A stretch of DNA of 64,000 nt from Promethearchaeota archaeon (GTDB taxonomy: Archaea; Asgardarchaeota; Lokiarchaeia; Sigyniarchaeales; SOKP01). The DNA lies in NCBI GenBank assembly GCA_019057795.1, contig JAHLWS010000026.1, forward strand, positions 61,461 through 125,460. Direction: 5' to 3'. Both the position numbers and the translations under genes were made by a program. The notes below the pieces were generated by a model that saw only the letters and a list, made by a program, of their open reading frames with translations, was not told the DNA's origin and ran no database searches. This document shows, one piece after another, positions 8,209 through 18,191 of the stretch. Within the stretch, counting starts at the first letter, position 1. The number at the start of each line of letters is the position of its first letter.

Positions 8209-9090
8209 GTGATAAAGTTGCTAAAAAAATCAAAAGGGTTAAATTCCAGATTAATTGAGTTGAATAAATTTGATATAAGAGAATTTAAGGGACAATTATC
8301 TGACAAAGCTAAAATTGTAGTTCCGAAACTCTTCAAAACTGTTCAAAGAGCAAAATCAGATTACAAAAGAGAAATGAAAAACCTACCCGACAATGTTAAA
8401 TCCGCACCTAAAGAATTTTGGGAAGATGTTATCGAGCAAGCGAAGATTTTAGGAATTGATCTTATAGGATTTGCTCCTGTGGACGAAAAATTTATTTTTA
8501 AGAACGATTACGTAAGCGGAATCGAATTTCTATACGAGAATGGAATTGTTTTAGGAATGGAAATGGATTACGAAGCTATAGATAAGGCTCCTGAACCTCC
8601 AGCAGGGTTAGAATCTTTAAACATCTACGCAGAGTTAGGTGAGGCAACAAATAAATTAGCATATTTTATCCGATCTAAAGGTTATAGTGCAATAGCGTGC
8701 CATCCACTTGGTGGTCCAATTCTTTACCCCGCGATGGCAGTAAAAGCAGGCTTGGGGAAAATTGGAACGCAAGGTCTTTTAATCACTAAAAAATTCGGCC
8801 CAAGGCAGAGATTATCCATGATTTCTGTAAACGCAACTCCTCTTCCTGAGGTCTCTTTAGAAAAATTTGAGATAGACGAGTATTGTAAGAAATGTAAAAG
8901 ATGCGTTCAAATGTGCCCCGTGAACGCGATTTACTACGAACCAATTATCAAGGAAAATGGTATAAAAACTCGAATTGATGGAGAAAAATGTATCGAATAT
9001 TTTTACGAAACTACGGGATGTTCTGTTTGTATAAAAGAATGTCCATTTCACAAAATTGGATATAAAGCAATGTATTACTCTCGTTTATAA
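8209..9090 (+). CDS. cobalamin-dependent reductive dehalogenase/QueG-like 2x[4Fe-4S] protein
   Basis: AVKAGLGKIG...LLIT..FGPRQRL, CKKCKRCVQMCP and C...CSVCIKECPF motifs. Confidence 0.85.
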   Translation: MIKLLKKSKGLNSRLIELNKFDIREFKGQLSDKAKIVVPKLFKTVQRAKSDYKREMKNLPDNVKSAPKEFWEDVIEQAKILGIDLIGFAPVDEKFIFKNDYVSGIEFLYENGIVLGMEMDYEAIDKAPEPPAGLESLNIYAELGEATNKLAYFIRSKGYSAIACHPLGGPILYPAMAVKAGLGKIGTQGLLITKKFGPRQRLSMISVNATPLPEVSLEKFEIDEYCKKCKRCVQMCPVNAIYYEPIIKENGIKTRIDGEKCIEYFYETTGCSVCIKECPFHKIGYKAMYYSRL

Positions 9091-9172
9091 ATTGATTTGA
9101 AAATTTATAACGAAAACTTAATTTTTATGTAAAATTATCTTAATTATTCATTAATCTTGTTGAATATGAAAC

Positions 9173-9796
9173 ATGTCTAAGAAGAAAATACTTCCATTTA
9201 AAGATAAGAAAGTAATTGTGTTCGATTTAGATGGTACGATCGTTAGATTAGCGGCAGATTGGCATTCATTAAAAAATATTTTAAACGATCGTTATTCTGA
9301 ACATTTTCAAGATGACTGTCAATTTACGAGTATTTCTGCTTGCCTTAGTGAAATTGTCGAAAAAGGGGACGAAGCGGAATTACAACGTAATTTTTATGTT
9401 ATTAAACAATACGAACTTGATAACATAGAAAAGAACGAACCTATTGAAGAGACAATCTACTTTATCAATAATACAAAATTATTTGGCGTAAAAAAGGGGA
9501 CTAAACTAGCCATTTTATCCTTAAATACAAGACAAACTATTAAAAAATCCTTAGAATTAGCAGGAATAAGCGAAAAATTTGACTATATTTTAGGAAGAGA
9601 AGATGTAAGAAGTTGGAAACCCGAACCAGAAGGATTATTAAGAATTATGAAACATTACAAGGTCAATAAAGAAGACATGATTTATTTCGGAGATTTAGAA
9701 AAAGATTTAGCGACTGGTGCTAACGCAGGAATTGAAACACATTATATTGACGATCTCATAAACCTTGTTAAAAGTTGTAAAAATGAATTGATATGA
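9173..9796 (+). CDS. HAD-superfamily hydrolase (phosphoglycolate phosphatase-like)
   Basis: FDLDGT, KPEPEG, GD...D...G.NAG. Confidence 0.92.
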   Translation: MSKKKILPFKDKKVIVFDLDGTIVRLAADWHSLKNILNDRYSEHFQDDCQFTSISACLSEIVEKGDEAELQRNFYVIKQYELDNIEKNEPIEETIYFINNTKLFGVKKGTKLAILSLNTRQTIKKSLELAGISEKFDYILGREDVRSWKPEPEGLLRIMKHYKVNKEDMIYFGDLEKDLATGANAGIETHYIDDLINLVKSCKNELI

Positions 9797-9834
9797 ATAT
9801 AAGAGTTTAACAATAGGTAAGCAATCTGAATAAT

Positions 9835-11412
9835 TTACATGTAAGTTACTATGACATTGTATTTTTTAATCTCTGATTCTACTTTTGCCTTTCCCAGAGG
9901 AGTGAGAGTAATAACATCGTTATTTTTGATTTTTAGAGCCGTCAATTTTATATTTGGGTCTTTAAATTCACCGCTCATATAAGGATTCCAAAGCATTTCT
10001 TTGTTCACCGCATTAGTCATCAACCATAGGATGGGGTCTAAATTATGTCCACTTATTCTCATAGCCTTAAACACATACCCTATGTTCGCATCAAAAGGAA
10101 CAACGATTTGAACATTTTCTTCTCCTTCAATGTCTCCACAAGCAAGGCAATCTTCCCTTTTAATTACATCTAGATGGTCAAATTGCCCATACACCCCATT
10201 ATAATTGATGTAAGGAGGATCCATTGGAGGACCAATATTCCTTCCATGCATTCGAAATAATAATTTTAACGCCTCTTGGGATTGTATGCTAGAAATAATA
10301 GAGCTTACAGATTGAATTGCCGCAATTTTATTTCCTAATATATTTTCCATTTCTTCGAACTTATAATCAGGTCCGAAAGTATCTTTAATATTATCTTTCC
10401 ATTCTTGAATCTCTTCAGGAGATAGGCTTTCTAACTTTTCGGTAGAAACATTTTCATCGAACACTCTTTTTCTTAAGTCTATCAATTCTTTCTGTGCTAA
10501 AGCCTTCAGTTTTACTACGTCATCGTCCACGTTCATATCAGGTTTAAAACCGTATTCTTTTTCGAATACTACTTCCGCTTTTATAACGCAGTGATTCCTA
10601 TTTCTTGGAAGCCCTTTTAAAGTGCACGCCGCGACCAATTTATCGTCTGCAGGTGGAATAGGAACCATACAACGATAACAAGGAGTTATGTCCAAAACTT
10701 CACCAGCATATTTTTTATCAAATTCTTCTTCAACTTTTTTTCTAACTAGTCTTCTGAAAGGCTCAAGTTTCTCTTGCTTTAACCTTTCAATTAAATATTC
10801 TAGTTGCTCTATTTCGTTCTGCGCATCTAAGTACTCTGGATTGTCAAATTCCCACATTTTACTGTCGACTATTTTTTCGATCTCGAATTCTCTCTTTTTA
10901 TATTGAAGACCAGAACCTTCTGGAATAACTATTTGTACATGTCCTTCAAAACCTACGGTTCCTCCCTCTACCATAGGTTTTTTTATCCTTAAAGAAATTT
11001 TATTCAAATCTAACCTAGCGTTAAAGTTATCCAAAGCGGCAATAATAACATCGCATTCTTCATAAACCGACATTTGTAATTTTTGGAGCTTTTCAAAATA
11101 AAAATCGATGTTTAAAAAAGGATTCATTTCCTTTAATCTTTCTGCGGCTACTTCTGCCTTAGGACGACCTTCATCGCCCGGCTTGAACAACATTTGACGG
11201 GAAAGATTGGAGGTTTCGATAGTATCTAAATCTACCAATACTATTTTCCCAATTCCCATTAAGGCAAAGTCTTTTGCTATTTCACAACCCAAAGCCCCAA
11301 CTCCGACAATCATAACGCAACCTTTGCTAACAATCTCTTGGTCCCACCCATCAATTAATTGCTGTCTTGCGTACATCCGCGATTTTTTGATATCTGTCTT
11401 GTTTACCATCAT
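9835..11412 (-). CDS. ubiquitin-like activating enzyme E1 (ThiF/UBA, UBA3-like)
   Basis: YARQ, GVGALG, DLDTIETSNLSRQ, PCYRC, ACT...PR...HC catalytic-Cys segment, CLAC, C-terminal ubiquitin-fold-like domain. Confidence 0.93.
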   Translation of the reverse strand: MMVNKTDIKKSRMYARQQLIDGWDQEIVSKGCVMIVGVGALGCEIAKDFALMGIGKIVLVDLDTIETSNLSRQMLFKPGDEGRPKAEVAAERLKEMNPFLNIDFYFEKLQKLQMSVYEECDVIIAALDNFNARLDLNKISLRIKKPMVEGGTVGFEGHVQIVIPEGSGLQYKKREFEIEKIVDSKMWEFDNPEYLDAQNEIEQLEYLIERLKQEKLEPFRRLVRKKVEEEFDKKYAGEVLDITPCYRCMVPIPPADDKLVAACTLKGLPRNRNHCVIKAEVVFEKEYGFKPDMNVDDDVVKLKALAQKELIDLRKRVFDENVSTEKLESLSPEEIQEWKDNIKDTFGPDYKFEEMENILGNKIAAIQSVSSIISSIQSQEALKLLFRMHGRNIGPPMDPPYINYNGVYGQFDHLDVIKREDCLACGDIEGEENVQIVVPFDANIGYVFKAMRISGHNLDPILWLMTNAVNKEMLWNPYMSGEFKDPNIKLTALKIKNNDVITLTPLGKAKVESEIKKYNVIVTYM

Positions 11413-11501
11413 TATAAATATCCTTAAAAATATCCTAAATTTTTATAATATTATATATTATTAATTTTTCATAGAAATATAAATTCTTTTAGTGCGTCTT
11501 A

Positions 11502-13037
11502 TTGAAAAAGCAATTTATAGTAATTTTAATCATTTTAACACTTCCAATAGCCCAATTTTTCGTTTTAGGAATAAACTATTATGAGTTTCCTCAAATAATC
11601 GACTCGCGCTTAAAATGTTCGAATGTTGATAATACCTTCCATATTTCATCAAGTAAAATAAAAATTAGTTCTACATACAATGCACAAGATTATATTGGCC
11701 TGCAAGATAGTCTTTGGAATAAAGGATTAACGGGAAAAAATATAACTGTTGCGGTATTAGACACAGGAATTTTTGCTAATCATAGCGTGTTTACGAATGG
11801 TGGTAAATTAGATTGGTTTGAAAGAATTGTTAACTTCTACGACGTTATTGAAAATCAATCAAGTATTCCACGAGACGATAACGGTCACGGAACATGGGCA
11901 ACATCAATTTTAGGAGGAAATAGTAGCGTATATCAAGGGGTAGCACTAGATATTAATTTGGTAATATTGAAAATTTTTGATAGTACTGGAGAAACCAACG
12001 CTTCCATATTGGAAAATGCTATTAATTGGGTAGTTCAAAATAAGGATGTTTTCGATATAAAAATTGTTAGTATGAGTTTTGGAGCAAAACCAGAACCTGA
12101 TAATCACGATGAAATTACCCGTCTTCATAGCTTAACTAGAATCCTTATTGACAATGGAATACTAGTCGTTGCAGCTGGAGGTAATGATGGGGACTCTTCT
12201 AAAGATTATGGAGATGGGACTATTAACGCTCCCGCTTCAGATAGGGCGGTTCTTGCTGTTGGGGGCGTAGATTACGACGGAAACATGTATCCAAGTAGCG
12301 CGAAAGGTCCGACTTTTGAAGGCGTCATAAAACCAGATGTGTGCGCTCCCGCTGTTGGAGTAATTGGCGCTGACAAAGACTATCAAGATGGCTATAGCTA
12401 CGGGACGGGTACTTCTGGAGCAACGCCTTTCGTCGCGGGATTAGCAGCGTTGATGTTGGAAAAAGAAGAAACTTTAACTCCGTTCCAACTAAAAAGCATA
12501 ATCTCATTAACTTCATTTAAGACGGTCAACCCACGAGTGATTCAAGATAATATACAAGGGTGGGGGATTATACAAGGTTACGCCGCTTTAGACGCCTTAA
12601 ATAATCCAATGTTAATTAATGAAAGTTTGGAAATTGGGTTTTCTCTAAACCAAAACTTTAGCGTTTATTGCCTACCGATTAAACTTAAACCAAATCACTA
12701 CTCTTTTGAATTAAATCAACTTGGATCGGCACGGGCTGAAATGTATTTATTCAACATGGCTCCTACCGAATATGGGTCTCCAATTCTAGTATCTCACACC
12801 ATAAACAAACTGTTCCCGGATAATCTTGACAAAAGAATGGGCGTTTTCGCGAGTGAAGTTCATAATTATTATTTAGTTGTAAAATTAGTTCAGAGAGCTT
12901 CAGGAAGCTTTTTAATACGACTATTGTTTGAATATAGAAATATAGCATTTCTAATCTTATTAGGAATTAATGTTATTAGTCTGATTTACATCAGAAAATT
13001 AACTTTGAGTTTTAAAAAAAGAGATGGGATGGATTAA
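11502..13037 (+). CDS. membrane-anchored S8 subtilisin-like serine protease
   Basis: N-terminal hydrophobic signal; VAVLDTG, HGT, AAGGN, GTSGATP catalytic motifs; C-terminal TM helix followed by a basic tail. Confidence 0.93.
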   Translation: MKKQFIVILIILTLPIAQFFVLGINYYEFPQIIDSRLKCSNVDNTFHISSSKIKISSTYNAQDYIGLQDSLWNKGLTGKNITVAVLDTGIFANHSVFTNGGKLDWFERIVNFYDVIENQSSIPRDDNGHGTWATSILGGNSSVYQGVALDINLVILKIFDSTGETNASILENAINWVVQNKDVFDIKIVSMSFGAKPEPDNHDEITRLHSLTRILIDNGILVVAAGGNDGDSSKDYGDGTINAPASDRAVLAVGGVDYDGNMYPSSAKGPTFEGVIKPDVCAPAVGVIGADKDYQDGYSYGTGTSGATPFVAGLAALMLEKEETLTPFQLKSIISLTSFKTVNPRVIQDNIQGWGIIQGYAALDALNNPMLINESLEIGFSLNQNFSVYCLPIKLKPNHYSFELNQLGSARAEMYLFNMAPTEYGSPILVSHTINKLFPDNLDKRMGVFASEVHNYYLVVKLVQRASGSFLIRLLFEYRNIAFLILLGINVISLIYIRKLTLSFKKRDGMD

Positions 13038-13044
13038 TTTGAAC

Positions 13045-16000
13045 CTATTTTTTTTCTTTTTTCGATATTTCTTTAAGCATTTTCTTAATCTCGTCCGCTT
13101 TTTCTTTATCTTTATCTAATTTGAGCTCCTTTTTTCTCTTCACTGCATCTTCCTTCGATTTCGATAATTCTTTCATAAGTTCCTGCTTTAAATCAATAAA
13201 TTCCTTCATATCCTTTCTAAATTCTTTTGACTCGGATACAATTTGTTTGCTTTTTTGTTGGGCTTTTAACTCTTCTTGTTGCTTTTTAATTTCAATTAAC
13301 TTCGAAACTTCAATAGATAAACCGCTCACTTCTCCAACTACCGCTTTTAATTTTATTTCTTCTTCTTTTACTTGGCGCTCTTTCTTTCTTCTTTGAATTT
13401 CTAAATCTTCGCGAATCTTTTGTATTTTCAGATCTTCTTCTTTTGTTCTTTGTTCAAGGAGTCGTGTATTTTCAATCTCTTTTTGAATGTATTTTATTTG
13501 TTCAATCCATCCAATCCGTTTAAACTTTTCAATTGCGCTGTTGAACTTTTTATAAGCTTTTTTAAAGTCATATATGATTGCAGCCTGTTTTCCCTCGTCT
13601 ATTAGCCTTAAACCTTTCTCTTTAGTTATCTCACTATCTCGTTTAGATTCGAATAATCTTTTTACCTTTAGTTGTTGTTGTCTCTTTTTTATTTCGTATT
13701 CTATACGTCGTTTTTGAATCTCTTCTCTAAAGACTTCATACTCGCGATGCCTTTTAATTTTAGCCTCTGCTTCCAATTTTTTCTTTACTACAAAATCTGC
13801 TTTCTGTTGAATGAGATCTTTTATCAGTATATTCAAATTATTAATCTCAGGTTCCCAACCAATTTTTTCGGCCAGTAAATCTCTTGCTTGAATATACAAC
13901 GATATTGCTTTGTCAAAATTAGGAACCCCTCTCTTAAGAAATTCTACTCCTTCTTCAAGAAGAGAATAAGCAGCCTCTCTGTTAGTTAATTGATCTTGTA
14001 CTACTCTTTCCCTTTGTTGAAGCGCTAACTGTTGTGCAATCTTTTTCTCTTTTTCTTGCTTCTTTCTCTCTTCTAATATTTCTTGTAAATGGCTCTCTTC
14101 TTTAAGCCTTTCTAATTCTCTTTGCAATTTATGTTGTTGGTCAAGTTCTTTCTGTTTTTTGAGATTGAGCACTTTTTCAATCATGTTGTTAATAGAATCT
14201 GTTGGAAATTGGATTTCGTTTAAAATTAGCATTGCTTTTCTATAACTTGCAATAGCTAGATCATACTCTAATCTATTAATATAATGTTCCGCTTTTTCTA
14301 AAACCAGAAAAGCCTCATCTTTTCTCTTTTCAAGTTTGGCTTGTAACAATTCTAAATTTCCAATTTCGATCTGCTTTAATTTTAAACGCTCTTTTTTTTT
14401 CCTTATATCCTCAGCAACTTTCTTTTGAAAATCGATTTCTTCGCGCTCCTTTTGAACTTTAAATTCTAATTCTTTTTGTTTTTGCAATTCATGTTCTCGT
14501 TTTTTCTCTTTGACTTTAATGATTAATTCCCTAATTGAGTCTGTTGGAAATTGAATTTCGTTTAATGTTAATTCCGCGCTTCTATAATATTCAAGCGCTT
14601 TGTCGTATTTTCCTTGTTTTAAAAAGGCATTAGCTTCATCAAATATTTCAAATGCAACATCTTTACGCTTTTCCAAGTAGATTTTTAGGTCTTCTCGTTC
14701 TTTAAGTTTGATTTGCTTAGCTTTCATTTTTTCTTCTTCGTACCTCATACTTTCTACAATAGTTTGTAGAAAATGCTTTTCTTCCTCAGTTTTTTTTATT
14801 ATGACTTCAAATTCATGTTGCTTTACTAAATCATCTTTTCGCTTTTTCTCTTGTATCTTATGAATCATTTCTTTAACTATATCTGTTGGAAATCGGATTT
14901 GAGTTAAATTTAACTCTGCTTGATAATACATGTCGATAGCATGCTCGTATAACCCTTGCTTTAATAACACTTCTGCTTTATCCATAATTTTAAAGGCTTC
15001 TAATTTGCTCTGTTCCATGTAATTTACTAAATCTTCCTTTTTTCGAAGCTCAATTTTCTTAGATATCATTCTGTCTTTTTCACTTTGTAGATGTTCAGTT
15101 ATTTTTCTTTCGAACTCTCTTTCTTCGTCTATTTGTTTTCTTAAACGTTCCCTTTCTCGAATAATTCTCTGATCTTTTTCCTTCTTTTTAAACTGGATTG
15201 ACCGAATTGTATCTTCTAATAGAATCATATAACCTCCTGTCCATCCAATGTCATTTAATATGCTAAGAGCGTTACGATAAGATTGTAAAGCTTCGTCAAA
15301 GCTTTCTTGTCTTAGTAAAATATCAGCTTTGTCAATAATCATGAACGCCTCTTTCTCTTTTGTTATGGATTCTGTAATTAATACCTTCTTTTTTACAATT
15401 AATTCCTTCTCTTTTTGTATTTTAATTTTTTCCATTTCTCGTTGACGTTTGATGTGGTCAAGAAATTGTTTGTGGGCGGTTTCTTTTTTGATTGCTTCTA
15501 GAAACGCTTTTTGTTTCCATAGCTCTTTTTCTTTCTTTTTTATTTCTATGTCGCTAATTGCTTGTTTAATCAACGGTAGTTCTTCTATCCATTGAATTTG
15601 AGCAAAGATCTCGCTTACATCTCTATAACTTTCAATTGCCATATCAAATTCCCCTAAAGAGAGAAAATTCTGAGCTTCTTCTAATATTTTAAAGGCTTCT
15701 TCTTTTTGTTCTTCTCTAAATAGGACTTCTTTTTCGCGTTCTCTGTAAGTAATTTTTTTTTGATTTAACTTTTCTCTTTGAGCTTTCATTTCTTTGATTG
15801 CAATTTCTTGAAACGCTCTATCCTCTCTTTCTTTTTTAATGAGAGCTAGCATATCCCTTTGTTTTTTAATTCCCGTCTCACGCTTTTTATTTTCTATCTC
15901 AACAATCGCATTTCCAATTTTTTCAACTTCATCATACCATTGAATTTCCGCAAAAATATTTGTTGCTAATTGGTATAATTCTATAACTTTTTCGTAATTT

Positions 16001-17970
16001 CTTTTTTTCAATAACTTCTGCGCTTCGCCTAATACTTTAAAAGCTTCTTCCTTTCTCCTTTCTCGATGTTCTAATTCGGCATCTCGTTCCCTTAACTTTA
16101 TCTGTTTTTTACTTAAACTCTCACGCTCTTCTTGTAATTGTTTGGATATCTGTTTCTGAAACGATTGCTCTGCTTTATATTTGTCAATAGATCTCTGTAA
16201 ATCCTTTTGCTTCGTTAAAGATTGCTCTCTTTTCCTACTTTCAAGTTCTCTTATGGAATCTTCAATTAAATGCAATTCTTCATCCCATTGGATGCCAGCA
16301 AAAATATTTCCAGCAGTTTGATATGCTAATATCGCGTTATCTAAATTAGATTGATTTATGTATTCTTCTGCTTCTTCTAAAGCCTTAAAAGCAGCATCTT
16401 TACGTTGTTCTCTATATTCTATTTCCTCCCTTTTTAATTTTAATGTAATTTCCCTTTGTTTAATTCTCTCTCGTTCCTTCGCTAATTCTATTGAAATTTG
16501 TTGTTGGAATTCTAAATCAGCTTTACGTCGTCGCTCAAATTTCTTTTGTTGTTCCAATTCTTTTTCTATCTGAGTTTCTTTTAATGCGTTGATACTAGAT
16601 ATCGTAGATTTAATTGTTCCTGCATACGATTCCCAACCCGTTCCTAAACCTTTTAAAAGTTCTAACGCTTTTTGATATTCTACAATAGCTTTATTAAAGT
16701 CGTTACTTTCCTTTAAAATCTTATCGGCGTTATCTAAAGTCGTAAAAAATTCGTTCTCTTTTCTGGTTTCTTTTCTTCTTTTTTGTTCAAATTGTAATCT
16801 TTTTTGTTCTATCTCTTTTGCTGTTTGTACAATCTCTTCTCTTTCTTTTAAGAAGATTTTGTCTTGTAGAATTTTTAAATCAATTTCTCGCTTTTGTTTC
16901 AGGCTTTCAGTTCTTTCCTCATATTTTTGCTTCTCTTCTATACTTTTGATAAAATTAACGATAGGTTGAATGTAAGAATCCCATTCTATGGATTTAAGTA
17001 ATTCTATTGCCTTTTCGTACTTGGTTATAGCTTTATCGTATTTCTTTTCTCGCTCCAGCTTTTTTCCAATATCTATTAGGTTGAACGCGTTTATTTGAAT
17101 CTTTTCTTCGTCCTTTTTAAATTCTTCGAGTTCTAATTCATTGAATTCTTTAATTTCAACTTCTCTTTTTATAAATCTTCGTTCTAAAGGCTTCTGTGTT
17201 TTAATTATTTCAAATTCTCTTTTGTCTTTTCTTAATTTTTGAACTATTAATGCTATATTTTGTGTCTGGGTTTGCCACCCTATTAAGTTTAATAGCTCAA
17301 TAGCTTTTTCGTAATTCTCTATCGCTTTATCAAATTTATTGTCATTTTCGAAAAACTTTGCATTGTCAATAAACGCAAAAGCATCGGTTTGAATTTGTTC
17401 TTCTCGTTGTTTCTCTTCTTTATATCTTTTTAGTTCTTCTGCTTTAGAAGCAATTTTCTTTTTGCCAAACGCATCAACAATCTGAGGCTCAGTTTCTAGT
17501 TGTTGAGATTTAATTTCTTTTTGCGTTTGAATTATTTTTTGTCGTTCCAAATTTCCCGCAAGATCGCTTATTTTACTCTTCAAATTCGTTAATTGAGTTT
17601 CAGTCCACCCTGATTGAACCAATAATTTAATTGCTGACATATATTGATTAATAGCGTCTTCAAGAAATCCATCGGATTCTAATTTTTGAGCTCCATCTAG
17701 TAAAGAAAACGCTTGATCTTGTATTTGCTCAACTTGAGCCCTGAAATGCTCTTGGCGGTAGAAAATCTCTTGCTTAACGGATTTTTTTAATTCTTCAATT
17801 CGGGAATAAATTTCATCAATTCTTTGCATCAAGTACCCGCTATTTTTAAGATAATCCGCAGCAACTCCATAATGTTCTATAGCCTTTTCAATATTACCTT
17901 CCTGTTCAAACTTCTGAGCTAAGCTTAAGTATCTTACAGCTTCTTGAGCTAACGCTTCTTTATTCTCCAT
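13045..17970 (-). CDS. giant helical repeat protein (14 MIT/TPR-like modules joined by E/K/R/Q-rich helices)
   Basis: Recurrent AF..(L/I)(D/E).A.......(Y/F)..AI..Y..A...L..I.(W/F) motif at about 115-120 aa spacing. Confidence 0.85.
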   Translation of the reverse strand: MENKEALAQEAVRYLSLAQKFEQEGNIEKAIEHYGVAADYLKNSGYLMQRIDEIYSRIEELKKSVKQEIFYRQEHFRAQVEQIQDQAFSLLDGAQKLESDGFLEDAINQYMSAIKLLVQSGWTETQLTNLKSKISDLAGNLERQKIIQTQKEIKSQQLETEPQIVDAFGKKKIASKAEELKRYKEEKQREEQIQTDAFAFIDNAKFFENDNKFDKAIENYEKAIELLNLIGWQTQTQNIALIVQKLRKDKREFEIIKTQKPLERRFIKREVEIKEFNELELEEFKKDEEKIQINAFNLIDIGKKLEREKKYDKAITKYEKAIELLKSIEWDSYIQPIVNFIKSIEEKQKYEERTESLKQKREIDLKILQDKIFLKEREEIVQTAKEIEQKRLQFEQKRRKETRKENEFFTTLDNADKILKESNDFNKAIVEYQKALELLKGLGTGWESYAGTIKSTISSINALKETQIEKELEQQKKFERRRKADLEFQQQISIELAKERERIKQREITLKLKREEIEYREQRKDAAFKALEEAEEYINQSNLDNAILAYQTAGNIFAGIQWDEELHLIEDSIRELESRKREQSLTKQKDLQRSIDKYKAEQSFQKQISKQLQEERESLSKKQIKLRERDAELEHRERRKEEAFKVLGEAQKLLKKRNYEKVIELYQLATNIFAEIQWYDEVEKIGNAIVEIENKKRETGIKKQRDMLALIKKEREDRAFQEIAIKEMKAQREKLNQKKITYREREKEVLFREEQKEEAFKILEEAQNFLSLGEFDMAIESYRDVSEIFAQIQWIEELPLIKQAISDIEIKKKEKELWKQKAFLEAIKKETAHKQFLDHIKRQREMEKIKIQKEKELIVKKKVLITESITKEKEAFMIIDKADILLRQESFDEALQSYRNALSILNDIGWTGGYMILLEDTIRSIQFKKKEKDQRIIRERERLRKQIDEEREFERKITEHLQSEKDRMISKKIELRKKEDLVNYMEQSKLEAFKIMDKAEVLLKQGLYEHAIDMYYQAELNLTQIRFPTDIVKEMIHKIQEKKRKDDLVKQHEFEVIIKKTEEEKHFLQTIVESMRYEEEKMKAKQIKLKEREDLKIYLEKRKDVAFEIFDEANAFLKQGKYDKALEYYRSAELTLNEIQFPTDSIRELIIKVKEKKREHELQKQKELEFKVQKEREEIDFQKKVAEDIRKKKERLKLKQIEIGNLELLQAKLEKRKDEAFLVLEKAEHYINRLEYDLAIASYRKAMLILNEIQFPTDSINNMIEKVLNLKKQKELDQQHKLQRELERLKEESHLQEILEERKKQEKEKKIAQQLALQQRERVVQDQLTNREAAYSLLEEGVEFLKRGVPNFDKAISLYIQARDLLAEKIGWEPEINNLNILIKDLIQQKADFVVKKKLEAEAKIKRHREYEVFREEIQKRRIEYEIKKRQQQLKVKRLFESKRDSEITKEKGLRLIDEGKQAAIIYDFKKAYKKFNSAIEKFKRIGWIEQIKYIQKEIENTRLLEQRTKEEDLKIQKIREDLEIQRRKKERQVKEEEIKLKAVVGEVSGLSIEVSKLIEIKKQQEELKAQQKSKQIVSESKEFRKDMKEFIDLKQELMKELSKSKEDAVKRKKELKLDKDKEKADEIKKMLKEISKKEKK

Positions 17971-18191
17971 TTTAAAACTAACTCATTGTTTTCCAATTTA
18001 AATTGAATTGTTAATAAGATTAGAGTGAAATCATTCTTATTTCTTACAATAAATTAAACCGATTTATTAATTAAACTTTTTATATTTTAATGATTAACCT
18101 TACTAACAAAAAATAACCGTTAAAAGTCATTTTAGTGCCATTTTTGATGCTTAATCTTTATTTCTTTATTTGATATGTGGGAGTATAATCC

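Noticed and set aside
7545-13037. Ubiquitin-like modifier, RING E3 or JAB protease near E1/E2
   Set aside because: No small ORF ending in GG and no RING/JAMM motif found; intergenic gaps are short.
13045-17970. SMC/Rad50 or myosin-like motor
   Set aside because: No Walker A/B or motor domain; the periodic hairpin repeats do not fit.
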